From: Elusimicrobiota bacterium
Lineage (GTDB): Bacteria > Elusimicrobiota > Elusimicrobia > UBA1565 > UBA9628
DNA length: 64,000 nucleotides
Direction of reading: 5' to 3'
Assembly: GCA_016212855.1 (NCBI GenBank)
Contig: JACRDP010000020.1
Coordinates: 3,920-67,919, forward strand
This document shows, one piece after another, positions 29,512 through 40,471 of the stretch. A program made the translations under genes and the position numbers. The notes below the pieces were generated by a model. It saw only the letters and a list, made by a program, of their open reading frames with translations. It was not told the origin of the DNA and ran no database searches. The stretch's first letter is position 1. Each line of letters begins with the position of its first letter.

Positions 29512-30951
29512 TTGAATCAATACGAACTCGTCATCGGACTCGAAGTCCACTGCCAGCTGGCCACCAAGACCAAGCTGTTCTGCGGCTGCGGCACCGACGG
29601 CATCGGGCAGACTCCCAACAGTCGGGTGTGCCCGCTGTGCACGGCCCAGCCGGGCGTGCTGCCCGTCCTGAACAAGAGGGCGGTGGAATTGGCGTTTCAG
29701 GCCGCCATGGCCTTGGACTGCAAATTGAACGAACAGTCGATTTTCGCGCGGAAGAACTATTTTTATCCCGACCTGCCGAAGGCTTACCAGATCTCGCAGT
29801 ACGACCAGCCTTTTTCTGAGCATGGCCGATTGACCATTCATGTCAACGGCGCGGCCAAAACGATCGGCATCACCCGGATTCATATGGAGGAGGACGCCGG
29901 CAAATTGGTCCACGACCTGGGCGACGGCTCGCTCGTGGACTTGAACCGCTCGGGCGTGCCCCTCATCGAGATCGTTTCCGAGCCCGATATGCGCTCCTCC
30001 GACGAGGCGTACGCCTACCTGACCGCCTTGAAAGAGGTCATCCAGTTCACGGGTTCCTCGCGCTGCGACATGGAGAAGGGCGAGATGCGTTGCGACGCGA
30101 ACGTCTCCGTGCGCCGTGCGGGCGCCAAGGAGTTCGGCACCCGTACCGAGACCAAGAACCTCAACTCGTTCAAGAACGTCAAGGACGCCATCGACGCCGA
30201 GTTCCGCCGCCAGGTGGAGATCGTCGAGTCCGGGGGGAAGATCACGCAGGAGACGCGGCTGTGGGACGCGACGACGCAGACCGGGCGCTCGATGCGCTCG
30301 AAGGAAGACGCTCACGACTACCGCTACTTCCCCGATCCCGACCTGGTGCCGCTCGTCGCGGACCCTCAATGGCTCGCGAAGCTCAAGGCCGCGCTCCCCG
30401 AACTGCCCGCCAAAAAAAGGGCTCGCTTTATAGGGGAATTGGGGCTATCCTCCTACGACTCCGAGGTGCTCACCGGCGACAAGGCGCTCGCGGATTACTT
30501 CGAGAAGGCCGTCGCCGCCGCCCCCGCAGGGTCCGCAAAAACCGTGTCGAATCTCCTAACCACCGAGATGCTGGGGCGCCTCAACGCCGAGGGCAAGACC
30601 GTCGCCCAGTCCCCCGTCGCCGCCGCCCACCTGGGCGGCCTGGCCGCTCTCATCGCCACCGGCACTTTGTCGTCCAAGGGCGCGAAGGACGTCTTCGCCA
30701 AGATGTGGGAAACCGGCAGGGACCCGAAGGCGCTCGTTGAGGAACTCGGGCTTTCTCAGGTGTCCGACGACAAGCAGGTCATGGAGTGGGTCCAGCAGGC
30801 GCTCGCCGCCAACCCCAAGGCCGCCGCCGATTTGAAAGGGGGCAAGGACGCCGCGATCGGCTCGATCGTGGGCGGCGTCATGAAGCTCTCCAAGGGCAAA
30901 GCGAATCCCGCCCTCGTCAACAAGCTCATTAAGGAGGCCGTAAAAGCATGA
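29512..30951 (+). CDS. gatB: Asp/Glu-tRNA amidotransferase subunit B
   Basis: VIGLEVH, RKNYFYPDLPKAYQISQ, HMEEDAGK, DYRYFPDPDL; TTG start. Confidence 0.97.
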   Translation: MNQYELVIGLEVHCQLATKTKLFCGCGTDGIGQTPNSRVCPLCTAQPGVLPVLNKRAVELAFQAAMALDCKLNEQSIFARKNYFYPDLPKAYQISQYDQPFSEHGRLTIHVNGAAKTIGITRIHMEEDAGKLVHDLGDGSLVDLNRSGVPLIEIVSEPDMRSSDEAYAYLTALKEVIQFTGSSRCDMEKGEMRCDANVSVRRAGAKEFGTRTETKNLNSFKNVKDAIDAEFRRQVEIVESGGKITQETRLWDATTQTGRSMRSKEDAHDYRYFPDPDLVPLVADPQWLAKLKAALPELPAKKRARFIGELGLSSYDSEVLTGDKALADYFEKAVAAAPAGSAKTVSNLLTTEMLGRLNAEGKTVAQSPVAAAHLGGLAALIATGTLSSKGAKDVFAKMWETGRDPKALVEELGLSQVSDDKQVMEWVQQALAANPKAAADLKGGKDAAIGSIVGGVMKLSKGKANPALVNKLIKEAVKA

Positions 30952-33900
30952 ACCGCTTCAATCTTCTCGCCCTGGCTTTGCTCGCCTGCGTTCCCGCGCG
31001 CGCCTACGACACGATCCGCTTCCTCGAGCCCGTGAAGGGCGACGAGATGGCCAAGCCCGTCGCCGCCGCGGCGACCGTCGACCGGCTCTACGTCGTCGAC
31101 GAGAAGAAGAACATGCTGTTCCTGTACGACATGGGCGGCAAGCTCATCAAGTCCGTGGGCCGCTCCGGCTCTCAGCAGGGAGCGTTCAGCTCGCCGCGCG
31201 GCGTCGCGGTCGGCCCGAACGGGAAAGTCTACGTGGCCGACACCGGCAACAGCCGCGTCGAGATTTTCGACCGTGACGGCAACTTCGTCTACGCGTTCGG
31301 CGAGAAGGGTTCCGAGCCCGGCAAGCTCAGCAAGCCGGAGTCGGTGGCCGTCGGCTCCGACGGCCGCATTTACGTCTCCGACACGGGCAACAACCGCATT
31401 CAGGTCTTCACGAACGAAGGCATTCTTCTGTTTTTGTTCGGACGCTACGGAAAGGAGCCGGGCCTTCTCAACAATCCCACGCGCATCGCGGTGGACCCTT
31501 CCGACAACGTATTCATCCTCGACCGCAACAACGAGCGCATGCAGAAGTTCGACGCCTCGGCGAAGTTTTCGAAAGAGTATTCGCTGTTGGGCAACGATTT
31601 CACGGTCGACCAGTACGGCTTCCTCTACGTCGTCGACGGCAAGAACGGCAAGGTCGTCGAACAGTCCGGCGACGGCTTCATCATGGGCCGCTTCGGCTCT
31701 TTGGGCTCCGGCGTCGGTCAGATGAAGAAGGCCGAGGGCATCGCGATCAGCCCCGACGGCCTTTTGATCGTCCTCGACACGGGCAACAACCGCATTCACC
31801 GCGTCGAGCTGACGAACAAGCTGAAGGTCAAGCCGTTGCCGATGAACCTTCAGACCAAGATGTCCGTCTCCGGGCCCAGCCGCACCTGGCCGTTCAACGC
31901 GTCCGTCCTCGCGCCGTACGGCGACGACCTGTACGCATGGCTGGCGAAGGAGAGCCAGTTCGTCCTCATCGACGACAAGGGCAAGGAAAAGGCCCGGTTC
32001 GGCGTCGCCAAAGGCAAGGGCGGCGACGTCACCCGCGGCGTCGGCGGCATGGCCGCCATCAAGTCGGCCAAGGTCGAGGGCCTGTACGTCACCGACGCCC
32101 CCAACCACCGCCTACAGCTGTTCGGCCTGGACGGAAAGTGGAAGTCGAACGTCGGCGAGGCCCAGGGCTTCTTCGACAGCAAGAAGCGCGAAGGCCGCAT
32201 GAAGAATCCCAACGGCGTGGCGATCAACGGCGAGGGCGTCGTGTACGTGGCCGACACCGGCAACCAGCGCATCGACGCGTTCAGCCCCGAAGGCGTGTTC
32301 CTGTTCGGCTTCGGCCCCAAGGTCGGCTCCTACATGCTGCTCGAGCCCGTCGCCGTCGCCTGGGACAAGGCCGGCTTCGTCTACTTCGTCGACAAGGGCC
32401 TCAAGCGCGTGTTCAAGTGCGAGCCCTCCGGCGCCTACATCAACTCCTGGGGCGAGGACGGCGACGGCCCCGGCGAGTTCAAGTCGCCCGTCTCGATCGC
32501 CTTCGACGGCCAGAACTACCTCTATACGCTCGACTCCCAGCTGCGCCGCGTGAGCGTCCACACCAAGGACGGCAAGTGGCTCGCGGACTTCTTCGCGGGC
32601 GGCAAGCAGGAGCGCGAACTGCTCGCGCCCGTCGCGGTCTCGGTGCAGGGCGACAAGCTCGTGATCGCCGACTCCGGCAAGAACCGTCTCGTCAGCTACG
32701 ACCTGCATCCGATGCTCACCGCCCCGGCCGGCGTCTCCACGACGACCAAGGACGGCATCGTGGCCATCTCGTGGGAGCCGGTCGCCGACCCCTGGACCGG
32801 CGGCTACGTCGTCACGCGCGCGACGGGCGCCTACGGCCCGTGGGCGGTCGCCGGCGAGGCCAAGGGCGAGACCTTCCAGGATTCCGAAGTCACGCCTTAC
32901 GAGAAGTACTGGTATCGCGTCGCCACCAAGTCGAAGACCTCCGACGTCGGCCCCGCGGGCCGGCCCATCGACGTGTTCGTCGCGGGCTCCTTCAACCGTT
33001 CGCCCGTCGAGATTTCCACGATCACGCTCGGCGACATCTTTGCCGCGAACTACAAGTGGTACCTGCGCAACCCGATGGGCGCGGCGACGCTCACCAACAA
33101 CGTCAACGTGCCCTTCCAGAACGTCAAGCTGACCTTCAAGCTCAAGGACTACATGGACTTCGGCTTCGACACCGAGATCAAGAGGCTCGACCCGAAGCAG
33201 ACCGTCGAGGTGCCGCTGATCGCGACGCTCAACAACAAGGTGCTCGAGATCTCCGAGGACACGCCGATCCAGGCCGAGTTCACGATGACCTACTTCGAGA
33301 GCGGCAAGCAGCAGACCGTCTCGATCACCAAGCCCCTGCGCCTGTACTCGCGCAACGCGATCACCTGGCAGGACCCGCAGCGCATCGCCAACTTCGTGAC
33401 GCGCAAGGACCCGCCGGTGAAGGACTTCTCGAAGGCGGTCTCCTCCCTCGAATTCAAGAACCGCAAGGCGGCCGCGCTCAACACGCCCGTGGTCAAGGCC
33501 ATGCGCATCTGGAACGCGCTGTCGGAGTACGGCCTCAAGTTCGTCGCCAACCCGGCCAACCCATTCGAGACCGCGCACGACGACCCCAATTTCCCCGTGG
33601 ACTATACCCAGTTCCCGCGGGAGACTTTGCGCAGCAAGGCCGGCCAATGCTCTGACCTGACGTCGCTGTACGCCGCCATGCTTGAAGACAGCGAGGTCCG
33701 CGTCGCCATCCTCGACTATCCCGGTCACATGACGATGATGTTCGACACCGAGGCCGAGGACGCCGCGGAGGCGGGCATGCCCCCGGACCTGCTCGTCGAG
33801 CACGACGGCACGATGTGGGTTCCCGTCGAAGTCACCTACGTGGGCAAGCCCTTCATCGACGCCGTGTCGAAGGCCGCGTACGCCTATAAGGCCGAGGCGG

Positions 33901-34451
33901 AGAAGGGGCGCGTGAAGGTGTACAGCCTGCACAAGGCCTGGAGCACCTACGAGCCGGTCACGATGCCGCCGACCGACTTCAGCCCGAAGTTCCCGGAGGC
34001 GTCTTCGCTCGAGCGCAAGTACGACGACCAGATCAACGTCCTCGCCAAGGACCGTTACAACTACCTCAAGAAGCAGTATGAGGCGGACATCCGCAAGAAC
34101 GGCAAGGACGTCGAGGCCCAGCTGCAACTCGGCATCATCGAATACCAGTTCGGCAACCGCGAGGCGGCCGTCACCGAGTTCAATAAGGTTCTGTCCCTCG
34201 ATCCGTCCAACGCGTCGGCGCTCAACAACCTCGGCAGCGTGGCCTTCCTGGAAGGCGACAACGTCGAGGCCGAGAAGCGCTTCACGCAGGCGGCCGAGGC
34301 CGAGCCCGACGACGCGATGATCTGGTTGAACCTGGTCAAGACCGCGCTTCGTCTGAAGAAGGCGGACAAGGCGAAGGCGATGGGCGAGAAGGCCGTGGCG
34401 CTCGCGCCGAGCTTCAAGCCGGCCGTGGATAGTCTCATTAAGGGAAGCTGA
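30948..34451 (+). CDS. Secreted multidomain protein: NHL beta-propellers, FN3, transglutaminase-like domain, TPR
   Basis: Many P.GVAV...YVADTGN.R repeats; KYWYRV; GQCSD/PGH/WVPVEVT; C-terminal ALNNLG TPRs. Confidence 0.85.
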   Translation: MNRFNLLALALLACVPARAYDTIRFLEPVKGDEMAKPVAAAATVDRLYVVDEKKNMLFLYDMGGKLIKSVGRSGSQQGAFSSPRGVAVGPNGKVYVADTGNSRVEIFDRDGNFVYAFGEKGSEPGKLSKPESVAVGSDGRIYVSDTGNNRIQVFTNEGILLFLFGRYGKEPGLLNNPTRIAVDPSDNVFILDRNNERMQKFDASAKFSKEYSLLGNDFTVDQYGFLYVVDGKNGKVVEQSGDGFIMGRFGSLGSGVGQMKKAEGIAISPDGLLIVLDTGNNRIHRVELTNKLKVKPLPMNLQTKMSVSGPSRTWPFNASVLAPYGDDLYAWLAKESQFVLIDDKGKEKARFGVAKGKGGDVTRGVGGMAAIKSAKVEGLYVTDAPNHRLQLFGLDGKWKSNVGEAQGFFDSKKREGRMKNPNGVAINGEGVVYVADTGNQRIDAFSPEGVFLFGFGPKVGSYMLLEPVAVAWDKAGFVYFVDKGLKRVFKCEPSGAYINSWGEDGDGPGEFKSPVSIAFDGQNYLYTLDSQLRRVSVHTKDGKWLADFFAGGKQERELLAPVAVSVQGDKLVIADSGKNRLVSYDLHPMLTAPAGVSTTTKDGIVAISWEPVADPWTGGYVVTRATGAYGPWAVAGEAKGETFQDSEVTPYEKYWYRVATKSKTSDVGPAGRPIDVFVAGSFNRSPVEISTITLGDIFAANYKWYLRNPMGAATLTNNVNVPFQNVKLTFKLKDYMDFGFDTEIKRLDPKQTVEVPLIATLNNKVLEISEDTPIQAEFTMTYFESGKQQTVSITKPLRLYSRNAITWQDPQRIANFVTRKDPPVKDFSKAVSSLEFKNRKAAALNTPVVKAMRIWNALSEYGLKFVANPANPFETAHDDPNFPVDYTQFPRETLRSKAGQCSDLTSLYAAMLEDSEVRVAILDYPGHMTMMFDTEAEDAAEAGMPPDLLVEHDGTMWVPVEVTYVGKPFIDAVSKAAYAYKAEAEKGRVKVYSLHKAWSTYEPVTMPPTDFSPKFPEASSLERKYDDQINVLAKDRYNYLKKQYEADIRKNGKDVEAQLQLGIIEYQFGNREAAVTEFNKVLSLDPSNASALNNLGSVAFLEGDNVEAEKRFTQAAEAEPDDAMIWLNLVKTALRLKKADKAKAMGEKAVALAPSFKPAVDSLIKGS

Positions 34452-34473
34452 TTTCCGTCAGGAGGAGAACATC

Positions 34474-34947
34474 ATGAAATTGATTCTTGCCGCCGTGATC
34501 GCCGCCGCGTTCGTTCTGCCGGCGCGGGCCGAGGACGCCGCTCCCGCCCCGAAGGCGAAGTCGAGCTGGGGGGACTTCCTTAAGAACCTGAAGAGCGCCC
34601 TGTCGCAGTCCGCGGTCAGCGGCGAGCGCAAGAAGGGCAAGGGCGCCCAGGGCGTCGCCGCCGTGCGCGGAGACGACCAGACGAAGAAGAACATCGCGGA
34701 TCCTAACGAGCCCGGCCTGAAGGGCGACGCGAAGGCCGCCCGCGCCAAGCGCGACATGGCGTACGACCAGGAGCTCGAGGCGGCGGTCGATCAGCTGTCG
34801 AAGGGCAAGCTCGAGGAAGGCCTGAAGGCCCTCGAGACCTTCAAGGCCGCGCACCCGAAGCATCGCGCCTCCGACGTGGACGGAGCGATCGAGGGGGCGA
34901 AGGCTCAGATCGCCGAGAAGGGCGGCGCTCCGGCCGCGAAAGAGTAA
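34474..34947 (+). CDS. Small secreted protein
   Basis: AGGAGGAG RBS; signal peptide (ARA-E); VAAVRG; C-terminal TPR-like helices. Confidence 0.75.
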   Translation: MKLILAAVIAAAFVLPARAEDAAPAPKAKSSWGDFLKNLKSALSQSAVSGERKKGKGAQGVAAVRGDDQTKKNIADPNEPGLKGDAKAARAKRDMAYDQELEAAVDQLSKGKLEEGLKALETFKAAHPKHRASDVDGAIEGAKAQIAEKGGAPAAKE

Positions 34948-34966
34948 TTCTCCGGCGTTCATCGAG

Positions 34967-34999
34967 AGGGCCCCGCCTCGCGGCGGGCCCTTTCTTTTT
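34967..34999 (+). terminator. Intrinsic terminator
   Basis: AGGGCCCCGCC-TCGC-GGCGGGCCCT followed by TTCTTTTT. Confidence 0.8.
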
Positions 35000-35011
35000 A
35001 GAGGCATGCGT

Positions 35012-35073
35012 GTTATCCACAAGGCGCGGTTTCAGTGTTGTCGACAACACTGAAAGCCGTGCCTGTGGATAAC
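35012..35073. repeat. 62-bp imperfect palindrome capped by two inverted consensus DnaA boxes
   Basis: TTATCCACA 35013-35021 and TGTGGATAA 35064-35072 around perfect core TTTCAGTGTTGTCGACAACACTGAAA. Confidence 0.75.
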
Positions 35074-35176
35074 CCGTCAACCTAAACTAGCAACCTAGGT
35101 GGTTTGGGACCACCGGACGGCAACCGGGCGCGAAACGCCTCAGGGAACGGGGTCGCCCGTGGCGCATACTGTGGGC

Positions 35177-35575
35177 ATGAGAAATCTGATCCTCGCCATC
35201 GCGCTGCTACTGCCGTCCCTCGCCTTCGCCGGCCCCAAGAAGCCGGAGTTGCTCGAGGACATCGAGAGAATTCTCGGGACCACGGCTCGTCCGCAGGCCT
35301 CGGAGGGAGCGGCGCTGACTCCTGGGGCGGCCGCCTTCATCACCAACACCGCGGACGGGGCCGTGGAGGTGTTCTGCCTGACCGTAACGGCCGACAGAAG
35401 CCCGGTGCTCTCCTACTTGAAGGGCGTCAACGCCATCCATGAAACGGCGGGTCCTGAGATCTTGGCGATCCTGTCTCGCCGGCAGGCGAAATTCCTGTCC
35501 CGGTTCCCCGGGGTGTCGCTGATGTCGATCCCGGCGATAGACGAGAAAGTCGGCGGCCCGATCTCCTTCCGGTGA
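35177..35575 (+). CDS. Small secreted protein, possible subtilisin-propeptide (I9)-like fold
   Basis: Signal peptide (AFA-G); ILAILSRRQAKFLSRFPGVSLM; CATACT-6-ATG. Confidence 0.6.
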   Translation: MRNLILAIALLLPSLAFAGPKKPELLEDIERILGTTARPQASEGAALTPGAAAFITNTADGAVEVFCLTVTADRSPVLSYLKGVNAIHETAGPEILAILSRRQAKFLSRFPGVSLMSIPAIDEKVGGPISFR

Positions 35576-35616
35576 ATCTCATGAACAACATCATCATTCC
35601 GACGAGGTCCATTAAC

Positions 35617-36219
35617 ATGAAGACTATCGTGTTTGCCGTACTCCTGATTCCGTGTTTGACGCAGCCGTCGCTTGCCAAGGTAGTCGACGACGACGATTGG
35701 CTGGACCGCTTCGCGCCTCCAGCCGCGGCGGCCGTTTCCTCGGCGCAGGAGGCCAAGGCCCGCGCCGCCGCGGAATCGTTCCTGCGCGTCTGGCTCGTCG
35801 AGCAGGACGTCGACAAAGCCGTGTCCATGACCGCGATCCCGGTCGACGAGGTCGTCGGCGGGCTGTGGCACGTCCGCGACCAGGCCGCGCTCGAGACGTG
35901 GCGGCGAAAGTGGCTGACGATGTGGTTCTACCCCGACCACGCGGTTGTGGCCGCGCTCGGACACGGGGTGACGGACAAGCCGGGCTACGCCCGGCTCGCC
36001 GAGAAGCCGTCCGAAGTGCCCGGCCGTCCGGTTTGGACCGCGACGCCGGCTTTCGAGATGAAGACCGGCACGTCGAGGGTCGGCGCCCACGCGGGCAAGA
36101 CGTACTACGCCGTCAAGGTGACGATCAAGACCGCGCCGCGCGATGAGGTGTGGCTTTTCTTCGTTGAGATCAACGGCCGCATGAAGGTGATCCTGTTCGA
36201 GTCGACGGTTCGATCCTAG
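35617..36219 (+). CDS. Secreted hypothetical protein
   Basis: GAGG upstream; signal peptide MKTIVFAVLLIPCLTQPSLA. Confidence 0.65.
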   Translation: MKTIVFAVLLIPCLTQPSLAKVVDDDDWLDRFAPPAAAAVSSAQEAKARAAAESFLRVWLVEQDVDKAVSMTAIPVDEVVGGLWHVRDQAALETWRRKWLTMWFYPDHAVVAALGHGVTDKPGYARLAEKPSEVPGRPVWTATPAFEMKTGTSRVGAHAGKTYYAVKVTIKTAPRDEVWLFFVEINGRMKVILFESTVRS

Positions 36220-36228
36220 GAGATGACG

Positions 36229-36676
36229 ATGAAGAATATTTTTTTCGCCGTGCTGTCGGTATGCCTGCTCGCTCTTGCCGTTCACGCCGCCGACGAGCCC
36301 GTCCGGGCGAGCCGCAGCGTGACCGCCGACCTCGCGCGGGTCATCAACCAGGTTCAGACGACGCATGCGTCGACGTGATCATCCATTCGACCACTCCGGG
36401 AGCGCTCTCGATCGGAGATTCGGTCGAGTTCATCCAGTTCAAGGATCTCGGCGTTCTCCGGATCGCGCGGATTCTCAGCGCGCTCCAGGGCTTCCGCGCG
36501 TCCTACCACGTCTGGGGCGAGACCATGATCGAGGCCGCGCTGACGCGCCGGCAGGCCAAGTTCATGACGAGCTACCTGGAGTGGACTGGATGGAGCTGGC
36601 CGAGGAGAGGTACGACCGGCCGATCAAGCAGTGCCTGACGTCGCCGGACGGGCTCGTCCTTCCGCCTCGGGACTAG
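36229..36676 (+). pseudogene. Paralogue of 35177..35575 broken by two single-base frameshifts (or sequencing errors)
   Basis: Signal peptide in frame 1, IEAALTRRQAKFM in frame 2, LPGVDWM in frame 3; shifts near 36351 and 36572. Confidence 0.65.
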
Positions 36677-37146
36677 CGCTTTCCCTGCAGGCGCTTGATC
36701 AGGCCGGTCGTCGAATAGCCCTTTTTCAAGGCGACGATCACGACCTTGGCCGCGTATTTGGCCTCGGGGAGATCCGACGGCTTATAGTCGCCGCCCTTGA
36801 CGTGAACGTCGGGGCGAAGGCGCGACATGAGCGGCGCCGGAGTGGTCTCGCCGAAGCCGACGACGGCGTCCACGCAGCCGAGCGCGGCGACGACCTCGGC
36901 GCGGTCGCGCCACTTGTTGGCGGGACGGCCGGGAGCCTTGTCGAGCGCACGCGCCGATTTGTCGGAGTTGACGCCGACGATCAGGAGATCGCCCTGAGCC
37001 TTGGCCTTTTCGAGCAGCTTCACGTGCCCGGCGTGCAGGATGTCGAAGACGCCGTTGGTGAAGACGACGGCGCGGCCCTCGAAGCGCCACAGCTCCCGCA
37101 AGGTCAGGAGCTTCTTGAGCGCGACGATTTTGGTCGAGGAGGGCAT
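36673..37146 (-). CDS. rfaE2: D-glycero-beta-D-manno-heptose 1-phosphate adenylyltransferase (RfaE domain II)
   Basis: VFTNGVFDILHAGH, VGVNSD, VKGGDY, GYSTT. Confidence 0.92.
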   Translation of the reverse strand: MPSSTKIVALKKLLTLRELWRFEGRAVVFTNGVFDILHAGHVKLLEKAKAQGDLLIVGVNSDKSARALDKAPGRPANKWRDRAEVVAALGCVDAVVGFGETTPAPLMSRLRPDVHVKGGDYKPSDLPEAKYAAKVVIVALKKGYSTTGLIKRLQGKR

Positions 37147-37734
37147 CAGCCGTGGGCCAGGGGCGCGTTGGGGAAAAGCTCGTCTTCGAGAATGCCGCAC
37201 CAGATCTGGATGACCGTGATGTGCGCTTCCTGGATGCGCGCCGTCGAATCGGACGGAATGCGCACGCAGTGATCGCACAGGTTCTTGAGCTTGCCGCCGG
37301 AGCGGCCGGTGAGGCCGATCACGGTGAGGCCGAGCTCGCGCGCGGCCGCGGCGGCCTTGAGCACGTTCTTGGAGTTGCCCGAAGTCGAGATCGCGACCGC
37401 GACGTCGCCGGCGCGGCCCAGGGCGCGCAGAGGGCGCTCGAAGACGTATTCGAAGCCGAAGTCGTTGGCGATCGAGGTGAGGTCGCCCTGATTTGCGGCC
37501 AAAGAAATGGCCGGGAGTCCCGGCCGATTGCGCCGGTAGCGGCCGGTGAGCTCGTCGGCGAAATTCGAGGCGTCGCAAGAGGAGCCGCCGTTGCCGAAGG
37601 AGAGGAGCTTCCCGCCGTTGCGGTACGCGCGCAGGAGGTCCTTGGCCGCCGCGTCGATGACCGGGGCGAGCTTGGCCGTGGCCGTCAAAGTCTTGGCCGA
37701 GTCCTTCAGCTGCGCTTGAATCGTCTTCTTGAAA

Positions 37735-37742
<8 letters not shown>
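37146..37742 (-). CDS. gmhA: Phosphoheptose isomerase
   Basis: FGNGGS, IANDFG, ISTSGNS, ARIQEAH. Confidence 0.92.
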
Positions 37743-39096
<1,354 letters not shown>

Positions 39097-39103
39097 GGAT
39101 GCC

Positions 39104-40471
39104 TCATTGGGGAGGGGCGTTGAGCTTGCGGCGGATGGTCTCGATGTAGGAGTGATCCTGCGGGCGCGTGCAAAGCTGATCGGCGCGGTTGGCGTCGGCG
39201 AGCGCCTCGCCGGGGCGGCTGAGCGTGATGTAGGCTTCGGAGCGGGCGAGCAGGATTTCGCACTGGTCCGCCGGAGAGATGTTCGGGAAGGCCAGCATCT
39301 GGGCGAACTGGTCGAGCGCGAGGTCCGGCTTATGCAGGGCGTTCTTGTAGGTGTCGGCCAGGATCGCGTGCAGGTGGTAAAGGCTCTTGAGCGACAGGTT
39401 GGACGGGTACACGCGCGACAGCTCGATGGCCGCGGCGCACTGGCGTTCCGTGTCATTCGGGGATTTGCGGTAGTAAGCGGCTTCGCACAGATAGCCGCGC
39501 GCCATCGGGTCGCGGGGGTTGACGGTGGCCGCGGCCTGGGCCAGCACGAGGCCCAGGTCGGCGTTGTTCTTGTCGAAGGCCTCTTCGACCTTCTTCATGA
39601 GCGCCCAGCTGTACGGGCGTACCCACTTGCGGTTCTCATCGACGAAGAGGACGCGGTCGACGCGCGGTTCGGAGCCCGCGATGTTGAGCTCGTATTTGAG
39701 CAGCATGGCGCCCGGCTCGGAATGTTCGATTTGCAGGCCGGACCAAGTCCAGGTCGAGGTGTCGCGCGTGGCGACGAATTCCTCGAGCGTGCAGTACTTG
39801 CGCGCCGAGTCGGAGAACTGGGCGTAGGCGGCCGCGTAGTCGCGCGCACGCAGGGCGTCGAGGTACTTGACGGCGGCGGCCCGGACCGCGTTTTCGGGCT
39901 TACTGTTCTCGCCGACGTACCAGGTCCCGATGAGGCCCGCGAGGACGGCGATGGTCGCGAAGCCGGCGGTCAGAACCCGGCGCAGCGGGCCGAGCCAGCG
40001 CGGGGGCTTCGGGCGGTCGTCGACGGGAGGCAAAGACGGCGCCCAGAGGTCGCCGGACACGGCGGGAGAGGCGAACGGGTCCTGAGCCTGGCGGCCGGCG
40101 AAGGGCAGGGCCGGGCCCGGGGCTTTGAGCGGCGCGCCCTGAGGGGCGCCGGGCTCGGAGGCCTTGAGCTTGGCGGCGGGCAGGGCCGCGGGGCCCGCCG
40201 GCGCGTTCTCGTTTTTTATGCGCTTGACGACCGTGGCGGGGATCGGTTCCTTCGTCTCGCCGGGCACCGCCGTCGGGGGCGGCGGTGCGACAACCGGGCC
40301 CAGTTCCGAGATCGGGTTGCCGCACTTGTCGCAGTAATTCTTCGCCAGCGAATTCTGGAAGCCGCAGCCCCCGCACACGCGCGCGTTCTTGCCGCCGCAT
40401 TTGGCGCACTGCGAGAGCGGGGTCGCCGAGGCGGCCCCGCACTGCGTGCACAAAATCGCGGCGTTGGACAT
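39104..40471 (-). CDS. Double zinc-ribbon membrane protein with Pro-rich linker, TM helix and C-terminal TPR-like region
   Basis: CTQC/CAKC/CGGC/CDKC; TM VLTAGFATIAVLAGLIGTWY; YLDALRARDYAAAY. Confidence 0.75.
   Translation of the reverse strand: MSNAAILCTQCGAASATPLSQCAKCGGKNARVCGGCGFQNSLAKNYCDKCGNPISELGPVVAPPPPTAVPGETKEPIPATVVKRIKNENAPAGPAALPAAKLKASEPGAPQGAPLKAPGPALPFAGRQAQDPFASPAVSGDLWAPSLPPVDDRPKPPRWLGPLRRVLTAGFATIAVLAGLIGTWYVGENSKPENAVRAAAVKYLDALRARDYAAAYAQFSDSARKYCTLEEFVATRDTSTWTWSGLQIEHSEPGAMLLKYELNIAGSEPRVDRVLFVDENRKWVRPYSWALMKKVEEAFDKNNADLGLVLAQAAATVNPRDPMARGYLCEAAYYRKSPNDTERQCAAAIELSRVYPSNLSLKSLYHLHAILADTYKNALHKPDLALDQFAQMLAFPNISPADQCEILLARSEAYITLSRPGEALADANRADQLCTRPQDHSYIETIRRKLNAPPQ

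Noticed and set aside
31180-32700. Recurrent GCCGACACCGGCAAC-like sequences suggesting a repeat array or CRISPR
   Set aside because: These are NHL protein-repeat codons inside a CDS; no constant repeat-spacer period and no cas genes
35012-35073. Possible oriC
   Set aside because: Only two DnaA boxes, no AT-rich unwinding element, and no dnaA/dnaN/parAB nearby
36340-36580. Programmed ribosomal frameshifting in the 36229 gene
   Set aside because: No slippery heptamer at either site, and two shifts would be needed; decay or sequencing error is more likely
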